This document shows, one piece after another, positions 28,447 to 38,187 of a stretch of DNA of 64,000 nt. This stretch comes from Nitrososphaeria archaeon. GTDB taxonomy: Archaea > Thermoproteota > Nitrososphaeria > Conexivisphaerales > DTJL01. The stretch spans positions 24 through 64,023 of the forward strand of contig JARVJU010000011.1 in the NCBI GenBank assembly GCA_029775965.1, read 5' to 3'. Both the position numbers and the translations under genes were made by a program. Position 1 is the stretch's first letter. Each line of letters begins with the position of its first letter. The notes beneath the pieces were generated by a model that was given only the letters and a program-made list of their open reading frames with translations, had not been told where the DNA came from and did no database searches.

Positions 28447-29719
28447 GGCGATATCTCCTGTAGATGGTAGGTATTATGAAGAGGTGAAGGAAGTATCAGA
28501 ATTCTTCTCGGAGCTAGCTATATTTAGAGCTAGAATAGAGGTTGAGATACTCTATCTTAGGTTCCTGATGAATCTTGGTATAGTACCAAAGCAAGAAATA
28601 CCAGCTATTCACATTTCTTCTAGGGAAATAAAAGAGATAAAAGAGATAGAGAAAAGGGTGGGACATGATGTAAAGGCCGTTGAGCTCTTCATAAGAAACA
28701 GATTCAACAAAGAAGGGCTGAATAGTCTTTCACCTTATGTGCATATAGGATTGACAAGTGAGGATTGCAACAGCATAGCATACTCAATTCTTCTTCTTAA
28801 ATTCACCCGTCGTATCCTATTGCCACTTTATTCAAGCCTTGCACTAAAGATTGCTGGTATTGCATCAAGTGAGGCAGAAACACCTATGCTTGCAAGGACT
28901 CATGGGAGGCCAGCCTTACCGACTACCTTTGGCAAAGAGATGGCTGTATTTGCTGTAAGGCTGGCAGAAAGAGTGTCAAAGCTAAAGGCCATAAAGCCTG
29001 TGGCAAAGGTTTCTGGAGCAGTTGGTACATATGCCTCCTTCAAATTGCTTGCAGGATTGGACTGGCCCGAGGAGCTTTCAAAATTCATTGTATCCCTTGG
29101 CTTGGAGCCTGCAAAGTATACCAGCCAAGTGGCTCCCTCAGAAAGACTTTCAGACATTCTTCATTACGTGATCAATGTAAACCAGATTATGATATCTCTA
29201 GCTAGAGACCTTTGGCAGTATCAGATGCTCGATTATATTCATTTTACCAGAGCAGGCAAGATAAGCAGCTCAACCATGCCCCAGAAGGTTAATCCAGTTG
29301 ACATAGAGAACGCAGAAGGCAATGCAGAAATCTCGAATTCGTTGCTTGTCCTGCTAGCTTACAGGCTTCAGATTACAAGACTTCAAAGGGACCTCTCTGA
29401 CTCTGCAATAAAGAGGACAATTGGTCAAGCCTTTGCCCATTCCATAATAGCATGCAAAAGGTTATTATCATCTCTTGACAGTATGCAGGTAGATGGCCAC
29501 AGAATGAAAGAAGAACTTCTTAGCCATCCGGAGGTCAAAGCAGAAGCCGCTCAGATAAGTCTGAGACTCAAGGGCGATCAGCTAGGTTACGAAAAGGTGT
29601 TAGAGTCGATTGAAAAGGGAGATAAACAGGCAATAAAAGTGCATGATGATTATCTCGGTTTCTCTGTGGAGCTGGCAAAGGGTTGTCAGGAAGAAGTGAA
29701 AAAGCTACTGGCTTTGTGA
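28415..29719 (+). CDS. purB: Adenylosuccinate lyase
   Basis: ISPVDGRY, TSEDCNS, and SSTMPQKVNPVDIENAEG (the fumarate-lyase signature). The listed start is GTG 28415; an in-frame TTG at 28436 is an alternative. Confidence 0.9.
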   Translation: MQGGQRLLSYRAISPVDGRYYEEVKEVSEFFSELAIFRARIEVEILYLRFLMNLGIVPKQEIPAIHISSREIKEIKEIEKRVGHDVKAVELFIRNRFNKEGLNSLSPYVHIGLTSEDCNSIAYSILLLKFTRRILLPLYSSLALKIAGIASSEAETPMLARTHGRPALPTTFGKEMAVFAVRLAERVSKLKAIKPVAKVSGAVGTYASFKLLAGLDWPEELSKFIVSLGLEPAKYTSQVAPSERLSDILHYVINVNQIMISLARDLWQYQMLDYIHFTRAGKISSSTMPQKVNPVDIENAEGNAEISNSLLVLLAYRLQITRLQRDLSDSAIKRTIGQAFAHSIIACKRLLSSLDSMQVDGHRMKEELLSHPEVKAEAAQISLRLKGDQLGYEKVLESIEKGDKQAIKVHDDYLGFSVELAKGCQEEVKKLLAL

Positions 29720-31627
29720 AGAGGCTTGATCAACAAGCTTAATGATTGTTTCAGCTATCTTATGCATAGTTGATGCTGCCTCTGATCTCCCGTTATAGAG
29801 AGGAGAGCCTGTATCCCCTGATTCGCTTATCTCTTGATATAGAGGTATCTCACCTATGAAGGGAACCCCTAGCCTTTCCGCTATTCTCTTCCCTCCTCCC
29901 TGACCAAATATTTTTGTCTTTTCTCCGCACCTAGGGCACACAAAATAGCTCATATTCTCTATCACACCTATTATAGGTATATCCAGCTTCTTGAACATAT
30001 AATATGCCTTCATGGCTACCTGCACAGCTGCTTCCTGAGGAGTGGTAACTAGCACTATACCTGAAAGTTTCAGCGTCTGGGCAAGGGTCAGAGGGGCATC
30101 TCCTGTATTGTGAACTACGAACCCATTAGCAACAAAGTTATGATAGTGTTCTACCTGAAGATCATATGTTTCTACCTCTCCGATCTGCCTTATAGATGTG
30201 ATCTCTTCGCTCTTAAGCTGATAGCTAGGCTTAGAGAAGTAAAACTCGTACTCTTGATCTTGCTGGCTCTGACCAGCAAATTGTATGCAGACTTGCAAAT
30301 CAGATACTTCAACTCCAGCTGTTTGAGATAGTTTATGCAGCTCTTCGATCAATATCTTGTTTCTGCTTCTTATCGTAACCTTATCCTCAAGCATTAGCAC
30401 TATGGCTTGCTCTCCCAAGCTTGTGTTGGCATACTTTGCCATCCGGCTACCGGTTTCACCACAGCTCTCCAGCAGAATAACTTTGTATTCTGCAGGAAGA
30501 GAGAATACCCATCTGGGCAATCTATTCCTTGACAAACTTCTTTTCATAGAGCTCAAACTCTTCAGAATAGCTTGTTCGTGCTCCTTTCTCCCATTCTCCT
30601 GAAGATAACTCCGTATAAGAAAGCCTACTTTTTTAACTGATTCAGCATTAAAAGGTCTGATTCTGGAACGGTTGTCCTTAGCAGCCTCAGCGTCATATTC
30701 CAGCGTACAATCAGAATGGACAAGTATTTTGTCTCCCAGCTTAAGAGCGCCAAGACTTTGCCAGACAAGAGCTCTTGCTGACGTAAGAAAAGGATGATTT
30801 TCTGTAGCCAGTATAGACCTGTTTTCTGTTCTTACTTCATATACTTTTCTTCTGCCCTGTTCGAAGACACCTAGCACCCTGCTCGGCACAAAGTTGTGCC
30901 CATCATAGCTGAGAACATATTCTCCAGCTTCTATTTTCTCAATCGGCTTTTCAGAATTATCAGCCATCAACACCATTGTGCCCGAAGCTAAGCAGCCTGG
31001 AGGCAGGTCTACTATAAGATAATCTAGCTCACCCCAATCTGTTATTTCTACAAAATCTCTGACTGCCTTGCCGACTAAAGGGCCCCTCCATATAACTGGT
31101 GTATCGCTTCTGCTGAAGAATCCCATAGAAACGAACTTAACTCCATGTTGCATAGCTGGAACTATCCTGTTATTCTGAACAAGGGGAGGTTCTCCTTGGC
31201 CGAGCATCAGGTGGGCAGATGCACCGTAGATATCTGCATCAAGCAGTCCTACTTTATAACCCATCTTCGCTATGATGAAGGCAAGGTTCACGGCCACAGT
31301 TGACTTTCCAACTCCTCCCTTGCCGCTTGCAACAGCTATGACATTCTTGATCATAGGCTCTTTGCTAAGCACAGGCTGAACTTCTACTTTAGGAGTAACG
31401 TCAACCTTAACAGTTCCTACGTCAGGTATGCTTGATAATGCTGTCTGCAAATCTCTTGTTATCTTTTGTATTCTCTCCGGAGAAGGGTTGGATAGCGAGA
31501 CAAGAATATGCACACCATCAGGGTGTATGTTTATACTCTTTATCAGTCCATAAAGAAGGGCATCTTTGCCCGTGTCCGGGTCTTTGACTGACGAAAGCGC
31601 CTTTATCACTTGATCTTTTGTTACCAT
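29705..31627 (-). CDS. Mrp/ApbC/NBP35-type Fe-S cluster carrier ATPase, interrupted by an intein
   Basis: N-terminal DUF59/MIP18-like region (VKDPDTGKDAL), Walker A SGKGGVGKST, and DYLIVDLPPG / TGDAPLTL split by 296 aa. The C-terminal part has the CPRCG motif. The extein totals 344 aa. Confidence 0.9.
   Translation of the reverse strand: MVTKDQVIKALSSVKDPDTGKDALLYGLIKSINIHPDGVHILVSLSNPSPERIQKITRDLQTALSSIPDVGTVKVDVTPKVEVQPVLSKEPMIKNVIAVASGKGGVGKSTVAVNLAFIIAKMGYKVGLLDADIYGASAHLMLGQGEPPLVQNNRIVPAMQHGVKFVSMGFFSRSDTPVIWRGPLVGKAVRDFVEITDWGELDYLIVDLPPGCLASGTMVLMADNSEKPIEKIEAGEYVLSYDGHNFVPSRVLGVFEQGRRKVYEVRTENRSILATENHPFLTSARALVWQSLGALKLGDKILVHSDCTLEYDAEAAKDNRSRIRPFNAESVKKVGFLIRSYLQENGRKEHEQAILKSLSSMKRSLSRNRLPRWVFSLPAEYKVILLESCGETGSRMAKYANTSLGEQAIVLMLEDKVTIRSRNKILIEELHKLSQTAGVEVSDLQVCIQFAGQSQQDQEYEFYFSKPSYQLKSEEITSIRQIGEVETYDLQVEHYHNFVANGFVVHNTGDAPLTLAQTLKLSGIVLVTTPQEAAVQVAMKAYYMFKKLDIPIIGVIENMSYFVCPRCGEKTKIFGQGGGKRIAERLGVPFIGEIPLYQEISESGDTGSPLYNGRSEAASTMHKIAETIIKLVDQASSQSQ
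30107..30994 (-). mobile_element. Intein (296 aa) in the Mrp/ApbC ATPase
   Basis: It starts CLASGTMVLMADNS (block A), has TENHPFLT (block B), ends VETYDLQVEHYHNFVANGFVVHN (blocks F/G) and is followed by Thr(+1). The central region of about 150 aa (...VILLESCGETGS...) looks like a degenerate endonuclease/linker domain. Confidence 0.85.
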
Positions 31628-31693
31628 TTACAGCATTCTTCACTTTGTTCAATAAAAACTCTCCCCTATTTTATATATCGTTCTGCAGTAAGG

Positions 31694-32557
31694 ATGAATG
31701 ATGAACAAAAGATGAAGGTTGCAAGATTCATACATTCAGGTATCTCAGATTATGGTTTCATCAAAGGCAGACAAATAGTTCCTGCAAGCAGTATAGCGTT
31801 TCTGCCAAAGACTATTGAAGACTTCATAGGTAAATCTCTTCAGAATGATGCAGAGCTACTAAAGCAGTTAGAAAGTACTCAAAGCAAGCCAATAAGCTCT
31901 GTCAGGTTTTTAAGTCCTTTAGCCAAGCCCGGAAAGATAATATGCATAGGGAGAAACTATAGAGAGCATATAGAAGAAGCTGGGCAGAAGGTACCTGAAG
32001 GTTTACCTATCTTTCTGAAGCCGCTAACATCTCTAGCTGGTCCTTATGATGAAATCAAATATCCCTCCATAACGAACGCATTAGATTATGAAGGAGAAAT
32101 GGTTGTGATCATGGGAAAAGAAGGAAAAGAAATAGATGAGAAGGATTCTTTAAAGCATGTGTTTGGCCTTGCGATAATGAACGACCTCACTGCAAGAGAC
32201 CTGCAAATGCTCGACGGGCAATGGACTAGGGGGAAGGGGTTTGATTCTTCTGCACCTTTTGGTCCCTGGATAACCACTTTGGATGAAATTGCAAACCCGC
32301 GAGAACTTTCAATAAAGACATGGGTCAACGGGCAACTAAGGCAGAGCAGCAACACTTCCAAAATGATAAGAGGCATAGAAAAGCTGATAGAAATCATAAG
32401 CCAAGGAATGACGCTTCAGCCGGGTGACATAATCTCTACGGGAACGCCTGAAGGAACAGGCTACTATATGAAACCAGAGAAAAGATTACTCAGCAAAGGA
32501 GACATAGTTAGAGTTGAAGTCAGTGGGCTTGGTTACATTCAGAACAGGATAGTCTGA
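31694..32557 (+). CDS. Fumarylacetoacetate hydrolase (FAH) family protein
   Basis: GRNYREHIEE, DYEGEMVVIMGK and GTPEG. The start is set at the first ATG that does not overlap the divergent Mrp gene; ATG 31712 is also possible. Confidence 0.8.
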   Translation: MNDEQKMKVARFIHSGISDYGFIKGRQIVPASSIAFLPKTIEDFIGKSLQNDAELLKQLESTQSKPISSVRFLSPLAKPGKIICIGRNYREHIEEAGQKVPEGLPIFLKPLTSLAGPYDEIKYPSITNALDYEGEMVVIMGKEGKEIDEKDSLKHVFGLAIMNDLTARDLQMLDGQWTRGKGFDSSAPFGPWITTLDEIANPRELSIKTWVNGQLRQSSNTSKMIRGIEKLIEIISQGMTLQPGDIISTGTPEGTGYYMKPEKRLLSKGDIVRVEVSGLGYIQNRIV

Positions 32558-32610
32558 GATAAGTCAGACAATGCCTTTTTGAATTGGTGCAACAAGAAGG
32601 GACGCAAGAG

Positions 32611-33345
32611 ATGGCGGGAATATATAGTCTACTCAACTCCGGTGTGCCAGTGCTCATAGTAGAGCTTCCAGCGAACGATATTGAGCTTGCGAAGGCTGTA
32701 TCTGATGCAGGGGCTGACTCCGTGATAGCACAGCTGCACCATGAGCACCCTGTAACTCATTCTTATACAGGTGGTCTAGAGCTTGAAAAAAATATTCTTG
32801 CTGAAATTCGTAAAGAAATAGCCATACCGCTTGGTCTTCATATTGGGAACCAGGCAAGGTTAAACAAGAGGGAATGGGAAGAGCTCCAGTCTCTGGATGT
32901 AGATTATCTGTGCACAAGCTTGGCGAATACACCTCCTTATATGCTAGCAGATAGGAAGCTTGCCAAGATACTCTGTGTAGGCACTGGTATACCAGTAGAG
33001 CATTACAGGGCATTCGCAACATTCCCAGCTCTTGCTGCACTGCTCTTTGAGCCTCTTTCGCAGCTCCATCCGGATCCTCAGGTAAAATTTAATGTGCTTG
33101 ATATTGTTAATATGGATACTCTTGTTAGGGTATCGCCCCTGCCAATTCTTTTCAGAGTATCGCAGGATGTGGAGCATGAGGATATTCAGCTGATGATAGA
33201 AAGAGGATGCAGAGGAATTGTATTGGATCCCGGTTATTCTGGCTCAACAGTAGAGCACTACAAGCTAACAACAGAGGCTTATCATAAGGCTGTAAAGGCA
33301 TACTCAAAAAAGTCAACGTTTATGGGGTACGGCCTCTGGGGCTGA
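32611..33345 (+). CDS. Hypothetical protein (alternating beta/alpha pattern, possibly TIM-barrel-like)
   Basis: A long ORF with host-like composition, co-directional with and 6 nt upstream of the nucleotidyltransferase gene. I recognise no motif. Confidence 0.5.
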   Translation: MAGIYSLLNSGVPVLIVELPANDIELAKAVSDAGADSVIAQLHHEHPVTHSYTGGLELEKNILAEIRKEIAIPLGLHIGNQARLNKREWEELQSLDVDYLCTSLANTPPYMLADRKLAKILCVGTGIPVEHYRAFATFPALAALLFEPLSQLHPDPQVKFNVLDIVNMDTLVRVSPLPILFRVSQDVEHEDIQLMIERGCRGIVLDPGYSGSTVEHYKLTTEAYHKAVKAYSKKSTFMGYGLWG

Positions 33346-33351
33346 TGTATA

Positions 33352-34056
33352 TTGCAGGCTGTCATTCTGGCAGGAGGGCTGGGCACGCGTCTTAGGCCAT
33401 ATACATTCTTTCTACCTAAACCGATGCTCCCTTTAGGCGATAGGCCTCTACTAGAGCATATCCTGAATTCAGTTAAGGAGCAGGGATTCGACGACGTCAT
33501 AATAACTGTCAGCTATCTCAGAAAGACTATAGAAGACTATTTTGGGGATGGTTCAGAATTCGGTATCAGTATAAAATTTGTAAGGTCTGATAAGCCTATG
33601 GGCACTGCAGGGCAGCTCAAGACTGCTGAAGGACTGATAAAGGACAGATTCCTTCTGCTGTATGGAGATATGTACATAGAAACAGATATGAAAAAACTAT
33701 GGGACTTTCATGCATCAAAGAATGGGATAGCAACAATACTGCTGATGCCATACAGAGAGACATTAAAGTACGGCTTCCTTGATTCTGACGAAGAGGGTAG
33801 GCTTGTTGACTGGAGAGAGAAGCCTGAATTTAGAGGATGGATAAATGTTGGATGCTACGTCATGGAGAAAAGATTTTTGCAGTACATCCCTGAGAAGAAA
33901 ATGTACGGAATGGATGAAGCCTTTAGACAGGCGATGAAAAACGGAGAAGCTATATACACATTCAAAGCAGAGGGAGACTTTGTAGACATAGGGGATAAAA
34001 AGAGCTACATGGCTGCATACAATAAGTACTTGCAGAGATTGGGGAAGATATTGTGA
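33352..34056 (+). CDS. Sugar-phosphate nucleotidyltransferase
   Basis: AVILAGGLGTRLRPYT...PKPMLPL signature. TTG start. Confidence 0.85.
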   Translation: MQAVILAGGLGTRLRPYTFFLPKPMLPLGDRPLLEHILNSVKEQGFDDVIITVSYLRKTIEDYFGDGSEFGISIKFVRSDKPMGTAGQLKTAEGLIKDRFLLLYGDMYIETDMKKLWDFHASKNGIATILLMPYRETLKYGFLDSDEEGRLVDWREKPEFRGWINVGCYVMEKRFLQYIPEKKMYGMDEAFRQAMKNGEAIYTFKAEGDFVDIGDKKSYMAAYNKYLQRLGKIL

Positions 34057-34116
34057 CTGCATAAGCATTTGAAGAATCTATATAAGACATGATTACGCCA
34101 AATATGCGTCTGAGCC

Positions 34117-35271
34117 TTGCCTGATTTAGTACTATTCCAGACAGAAAGGGATGCATTATACCCATTCAGCTTGAGTAGAGCTACTTATTCGATTTACTAT
34201 GGTTATAGAACAATACTCAGTATGATCAGGCATGGCCTGGGTTCACCTTTTGCTGCAATTCTGCCAAAAAGGCTCGTGAGCTACTATAGAGAAAGGGAGA
34301 GGAACTTGGTTATTAACCCGGATAAACTGACCGGAGACACACTGCTCATCAACTCAGCCATAAGACCTCTGCCCGGCGTTCTGCAGAGGCTGAATGAACT
34401 TAAGAACGGACAATTTATAGCTTGCAACGGAAACATAGCTGCTGCCAGGTTATCATCTCTTCCAGAGAATTCCGATTTTACAGTCTTGACCCCTAATACT
34501 TTGAAATCGTATGGACTGGAGATGCTACAAGCAAATGACATGATGATCCAAGGGCCATGGGAGCTTATCGGTCAGCTCAGGTCAGGGCTGGAGGGTAAGG
34601 GTGTGATATATGGAACATCCGTACAGACCGAGGAATATGTTCATTTTGATACATCAACAGGCCCGATACTTATAGCTGATAACGTTAGAATAGAGGCGTT
34701 CTCCAGAATTCAGGGTCCTGCTATCATAGGCAAGAACACTGTCTTACACTCGGCAAGAGTGAACGGTTATACCCTGATCGGAGAGAACTGCAGAATAGGA
34801 GGCGAGGTAGAATTTAGCATCATCTCCAGCTATTCCAACAAGGCTCATTTCGGATACATAGGTCACAGCTATGTAGGCGAATGGGTAAATATGGGTGCTG
34901 GGAGTGTAACTAGTGACCTCAAAAATTCTTACGGAAATGTCAGAGTAACGATGCAAGGTAAGAGCCTTGATACTGGTATGGTCAAGCTCGGCTCGTTCAT
35001 ATCAGACTATGCAAAAATATCCATAAACGCTATGCTTTATGCTGGAAAGAAGGTTGGTACTGCGTCACATGTTCATGGCCTGCTTGATGGTGATGCACCT
35101 GCCTTCGTTATATATGGCAAGAGCCTTGGTATGGGTGTGGCTGAACTGGCAATAGAAAGAGCTGTAGAAATAGCTCGCAGAATGAAGTCAAGAAGAAACC
35201 TTGAACTTTCTAAGGGAGAGGAGGATATGCTCAGAGCTTGCTTTGAAGAAACAAAAGGTGAAAGGATATGA
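34117..35271 (+). CDS. Nucleotidyltransferase-like N-domain fused to a left-handed beta-helix (hexapeptide) domain (alternative GlmU-like)
   Basis: The C-terminal half shows hexapeptide periodicity (IGKNTVLHSARVNGYTLIGENCRIGGEVEFS...). The N-terminus resembles an NTP-transferase fold that lacks the GxGTR loop. Confidence 0.6.
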   Translation: MPDLVLFQTERDALYPFSLSRATYSIYYGYRTILSMIRHGLGSPFAAILPKRLVSYYRERERNLVINPDKLTGDTLLINSAIRPLPGVLQRLNELKNGQFIACNGNIAAARLSSLPENSDFTVLTPNTLKSYGLEMLQANDMMIQGPWELIGQLRSGLEGKGVIYGTSVQTEEYVHFDTSTGPILIADNVRIEAFSRIQGPAIIGKNTVLHSARVNGYTLIGENCRIGGEVEFSIISSYSNKAHFGYIGHSYVGEWVNMGAGSVTSDLKNSYGNVRVTMQGKSLDTGMVKLGSFISDYAKISINAMLYAGKKVGTASHVHGLLDGDAPAFVIYGKSLGMGVAELAIERAVEIARRMKSRRNLELSKGEEDMLRACFEETKGERI

Positions 35272-35921
35272 AGATCTTTTTTGTGACAGATCTCCACCAG
35301 AGCGAGAAGCTTCTTGAAAGAATAGGCTCTCTTGCAAGCAAGGCAGAAATACTTGTAGTAGGTGGAGATGTGACAACCTTTGGTCAGAAAGAATATTTTG
35401 ACAGGTTCATGAACAGTATCTCCATGCTGGATCTACCTATCCTTTATGTGCCAGGTAACAATGACATGGTAGATTTTAAACTGCCAAACTCTGTGCAAAA
35501 CATAGATGGTAAGTCCGTTAAACTTTATGATTACATGTTTGGAGGCTTAGGAGGCTCCCCTTTTACACCCTTTAACACACCCAACGAATACAGTGAATCT
35601 CAGCTCTCTGAGAAGCTGAACAGACTTGGCAAGGTTGATATCTTAGTAACACATACGCCACCTTATAACTCTCCGCAGGATACTCTTAGCTCCGGAGGGC
35701 ATGCAGGGAGTAAGGCAGTTGGAATCTACATCAAGAAGAATAAACCAAGGCTAGTCCTCTGTGGTCACATTCATGAGGCAAAAGCCGTGTCTCGGATCAA
35801 TCAATCAACTATAGTGAACCCTGGCTCAGCTTCGGGTGGAAACTACGCAATGATAGAGTTGCATGAGGATATTGATATGGACATAGACGAAGATGAAGAT
35901 GTTAGGCTTCTTTCCTTCTAA
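35268..35921 (+). CDS. Calcineurin-like metallophosphoesterase
   Basis: VTDLH, GGDVTTFG, GNNDM and CGHIHE. It has a 4-nt overlap with the upstream gene. Confidence 0.8.
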   Translation: MKIFFVTDLHQSEKLLERIGSLASKAEILVVGGDVTTFGQKEYFDRFMNSISMLDLPILYVPGNNDMVDFKLPNSVQNIDGKSVKLYDYMFGGLGGSPFTPFNTPNEYSESQLSEKLNRLGKVDILVTHTPPYNSPQDTLSSGGHAGSKAVGIYIKKNKPRLVLCGHIHEAKAVSRINQSTIVNPGSASGGNYAMIELHEDIDMDIDEDEDVRLLSF

Positions 35922-35954
35922 AAAACGCTTTAAAGAGCATATAGAGTACTCCGT

Positions 35955-36974
35955 GTGTTGCAAAAAATAGACAGAGCCATAGACAGAAGTAATATGCTTG
36001 CAGATTATGCCTTATGGGCAGAAAAAGGAATTGAGGTGCTGAACTATCAGTTTGAGGCTGAAAGACAGCAGGATGAGATAAATATCTTCTGCGCCGGTAT
36101 GGGTGCTTCAGCTGCTCCCGCTGAGATTTTTGTAGATAATGGCTACAGACTAAAGATAGTTCAGAATCACATACTGCCCCGGGATATTGGGTCAAAAGAT
36201 ACACTCATAGCAGTGTCACTTTCCGGCAATACTGAAGAGACAGTATTAGCATTAAAGGCAGCTATCGCAAAGGGGATAAAATGCATAGGAATATCAAACG
36301 GAGGGAAAATCAAAGAGATATGCCTATCAAATTCAATACCACACCTTGCTATTCCAAAGATGTTGACAAGCAGGTCCAGCTTTCCTATAATCGCCTCTGC
36401 CCTTGCCTTGGTTCTTTCAAAATTGTATGGGCAGACTAAGATACTCGAAGAGATGAAACAGTGGTATGATTCTTTAAGCTCGTTGTCAAAAAGACTGCTG
36501 AATGAAGAGACAGAAAACCAGAGTATTTCGATCGCTTCATTTATGCTCAACGCGACACACCTGACAATTTACCATTCTCCTTATACTGCAGGGATTGCAA
36601 GGAGGATGAGGAATGTTCTGAGCGAGAATGCCAAGGCAAGAAGCACAATAACAGATATAATGGATGTACAGCATGATGGGATAACATGCTGGGAGAATGA
36701 CTATGGCTCAAAGCTGATTTTGCTACCCAGCCAAAGGGACGATGAGGTAATAAGCAGTAGGTTTTCTGCTGTGGCCGATGTTGTAAAATCTCTTGGTTTT
36801 GGAGTATCTCAGATATCTTCTACGGGGCAAGGGTTGCAGTATCTGCTGAATATAGTTTACACTATGGATATAGCAACGATCTACCTTGCTCTTATGAGAA
36901 GGCTCGACCCAAGTGTAAACAGGGCTCAGGAGCTTCTAAGGAGAAGGCTGGAAGGTAAACAACCACTTCTTTGA
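35955..36974 (+). CDS. Bifunctional phosphoglucose/phosphomannose isomerase (SIS domains)
   Basis: Its size of 339 aa and the SIS-type segments (CAGMGASAAPAEIF, IAVSLSGNTEET) are as in crenarchaeal PGI/PMI. Confidence 0.65.
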   Translation: MLQKIDRAIDRSNMLADYALWAEKGIEVLNYQFEAERQQDEINIFCAGMGASAAPAEIFVDNGYRLKIVQNHILPRDIGSKDTLIAVSLSGNTEETVLALKAAIAKGIKCIGISNGGKIKEICLSNSIPHLAIPKMLTSRSSFPIIASALALVLSKLYGQTKILEEMKQWYDSLSSLSKRLLNEETENQSISIASFMLNATHLTIYHSPYTAGIARRMRNVLSENAKARSTITDIMDVQHDGITCWENDYGSKLILLPSQRDDEVISSRFSAVADVVKSLGFGVSQISSTGQGLQYLLNIVYTMDIATIYLALMRRLDPSVNRAQELLRRRLEGKQPLL

Positions 36975-37018
36975 CGCAACATTTAATTGCTTATAGAAAT
37001 TGGCAGCAAGTGTCAGCG

Positions 37019-37294
37019 ATGTCCAAAAAGAGAAAGAGTAGAGGAAGGTCCAAAGGTGGAAAGGGTTCGAGTGGATACGTTCAGTGTAGCCAATGCGGTA
37101 GACCTGTTCCAAGGGATAAGGCAAAGAAGGTTACTCAAAGAATATCATTGGTAGAACCTACACTTGCAAAGGAGCTGAGAGGAAGCGGAGCTTACATCCC
37201 TACTTCTACAGTGCAGAAATACTATTGCATTTCGTGTGCAGTTCACTTCGGCATAGTAAAGGTAAGGGCTAGAGAGGAAAGGAGGCTAAGGTAG
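37019..37294 (+). CDS. rps26e: 30S ribosomal protein S26e
   Basis: MSKKRKSRGRSKGGKGSSGYVQCSQCGRPVPRDKA ... YCISCAVHFGIVKVR matches the S26e consensus. The listed ORF start at 36971 is a spurious extension. Confidence 0.9.
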   Translation: MSKKRKSRGRSKGGKGSSGYVQCSQCGRPVPRDKAKKVTQRISLVEPTLAKELRGSGAYIPTSTVQKYYCISCAVHFGIVKVRAREERRLR

Positions 37295-37301
37295 GAATCC
37301 C

Positions 37302-37604
37302 TTGGCCTATGAGAGGCTATACAGTAAGCTCACAAAGGAGAATCTGTGGCTCTACCTTCTCAGAACACTGATAGAGCAGCCCGACTATGCTCTCAGTTTA
37401 AAGAGAAGAGTAGAATCAAGATTTGGCTTTAAGACTGCAGCAATAACATTCTACTTTGTTCTTTATAGGCTGGAAAGCGACAAAATGGTTATTTCAAGCA
37501 AAGTATCTGGTAAAAGGGTATACAGCTGCACAGAGAAGGGAAGGGAAGAACTTAGAAAGGCTCTCGGTCTGATAGAGGAGCTAGGAAAAAGGCTAAAGTT
37601 TTGA
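37302..37604 (+). CDS. PadR-family winged-helix transcriptional regulator
   Basis: 100 aa. LWLYLLRTLIEQPDYALSLKRRVESRFG...YFVLYRLESDKMVIS...RVYSCTEKGREEL fits the PadR pattern. Confidence 0.7.
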   Translation: MAYERLYSKLTKENLWLYLLRTLIEQPDYALSLKRRVESRFGFKTAAITFYFVLYRLESDKMVISSKVSGKRVYSCTEKGREELRKALGLIEELGKRLKF

Positions 37605-38150
37605 GCCGTAAACATAAAGCCTTTGCACGAAGGTTATTCCCGCCAAAATGATGATCAAGATTATTCCGTAGTTCAGAAATCCTACAAAACTTGCAACGGC
37701 AAGTATGATAAGCCTCTCTGCTCTTTCCCCATATCCCACACCTTCAGCCTTAAGACCTGAGGCCTCAGCCCTAGACCTAGCATAGCTGACAAGCAGAGAT
37801 AAAGCCATTGCTGTTGCGGCATAAAGAGCTATAATATCGTTTGATAATATCAGGCCAAGATAAATTGCAGCTTCACCAGCTCTATCTAGGTTGGAGTCTA
37901 AAAAACCGCCTCTTGCTGTAACCTTTCCTACCTTTCTTGCCACAGCACCATCAAGCATATCCATGAAGCCTGATAAAAGAACAGATGCACCAGCTGGTAT
38001 AGCAAAATGTGAAGAGTAAAGATATGCAGCAAGAATGGAGAGGAGAAAGCCGATAAAAGTCCATCCGGTCGGGCTTGGGATCAGTTTTGCTGAACCTGCA
38101 GCAATTGTATCCATAACAGGCTTTATCTTTTCCCTAAGCTTTGTAAGCAA
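37593..38150 (-). CDS. CDP-alcohol phosphatidyltransferase (archaeal polar-lipid headgroup synthase)
   Basis: DMLDGAVARKVGKVTARGGFLDSNLDRAGE matches the D(x)2DG(x)2AR(x)8G(x)3D(x)3D motif. Multi-span membrane protein. Confidence 0.85.
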   Translation of the reverse strand: MLTKLREKIKPVMDTIAAGSAKLIPSPTGWTFIGFLLSILAAYLYSSHFAIPAGASVLLSGFMDMLDGAVARKVGKVTARGGFLDSNLDRAGEAAIYLGLILSNDIIALYAATAMALSLLVSYARSRAEASGLKAEGVGYGERAERLIILAVASFVGFLNYGIILIIILAGITFVQRLYVYGSKL

Positions 38151-38187
38151 TGCAACCCTCTAAATCTAAAGTGATATTAAGCTTATT

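Noticed and set aside
36971-37018. Upstream extension of the S26e ORF, and similar extensions at 31610-31693, 62170-62265 and 25216-25263
   Set aside because: The conserved protein N-termini begin at internal ATG codons. The extensions overlap neighbouring genes and arise from alternative start codons in the ORF track.
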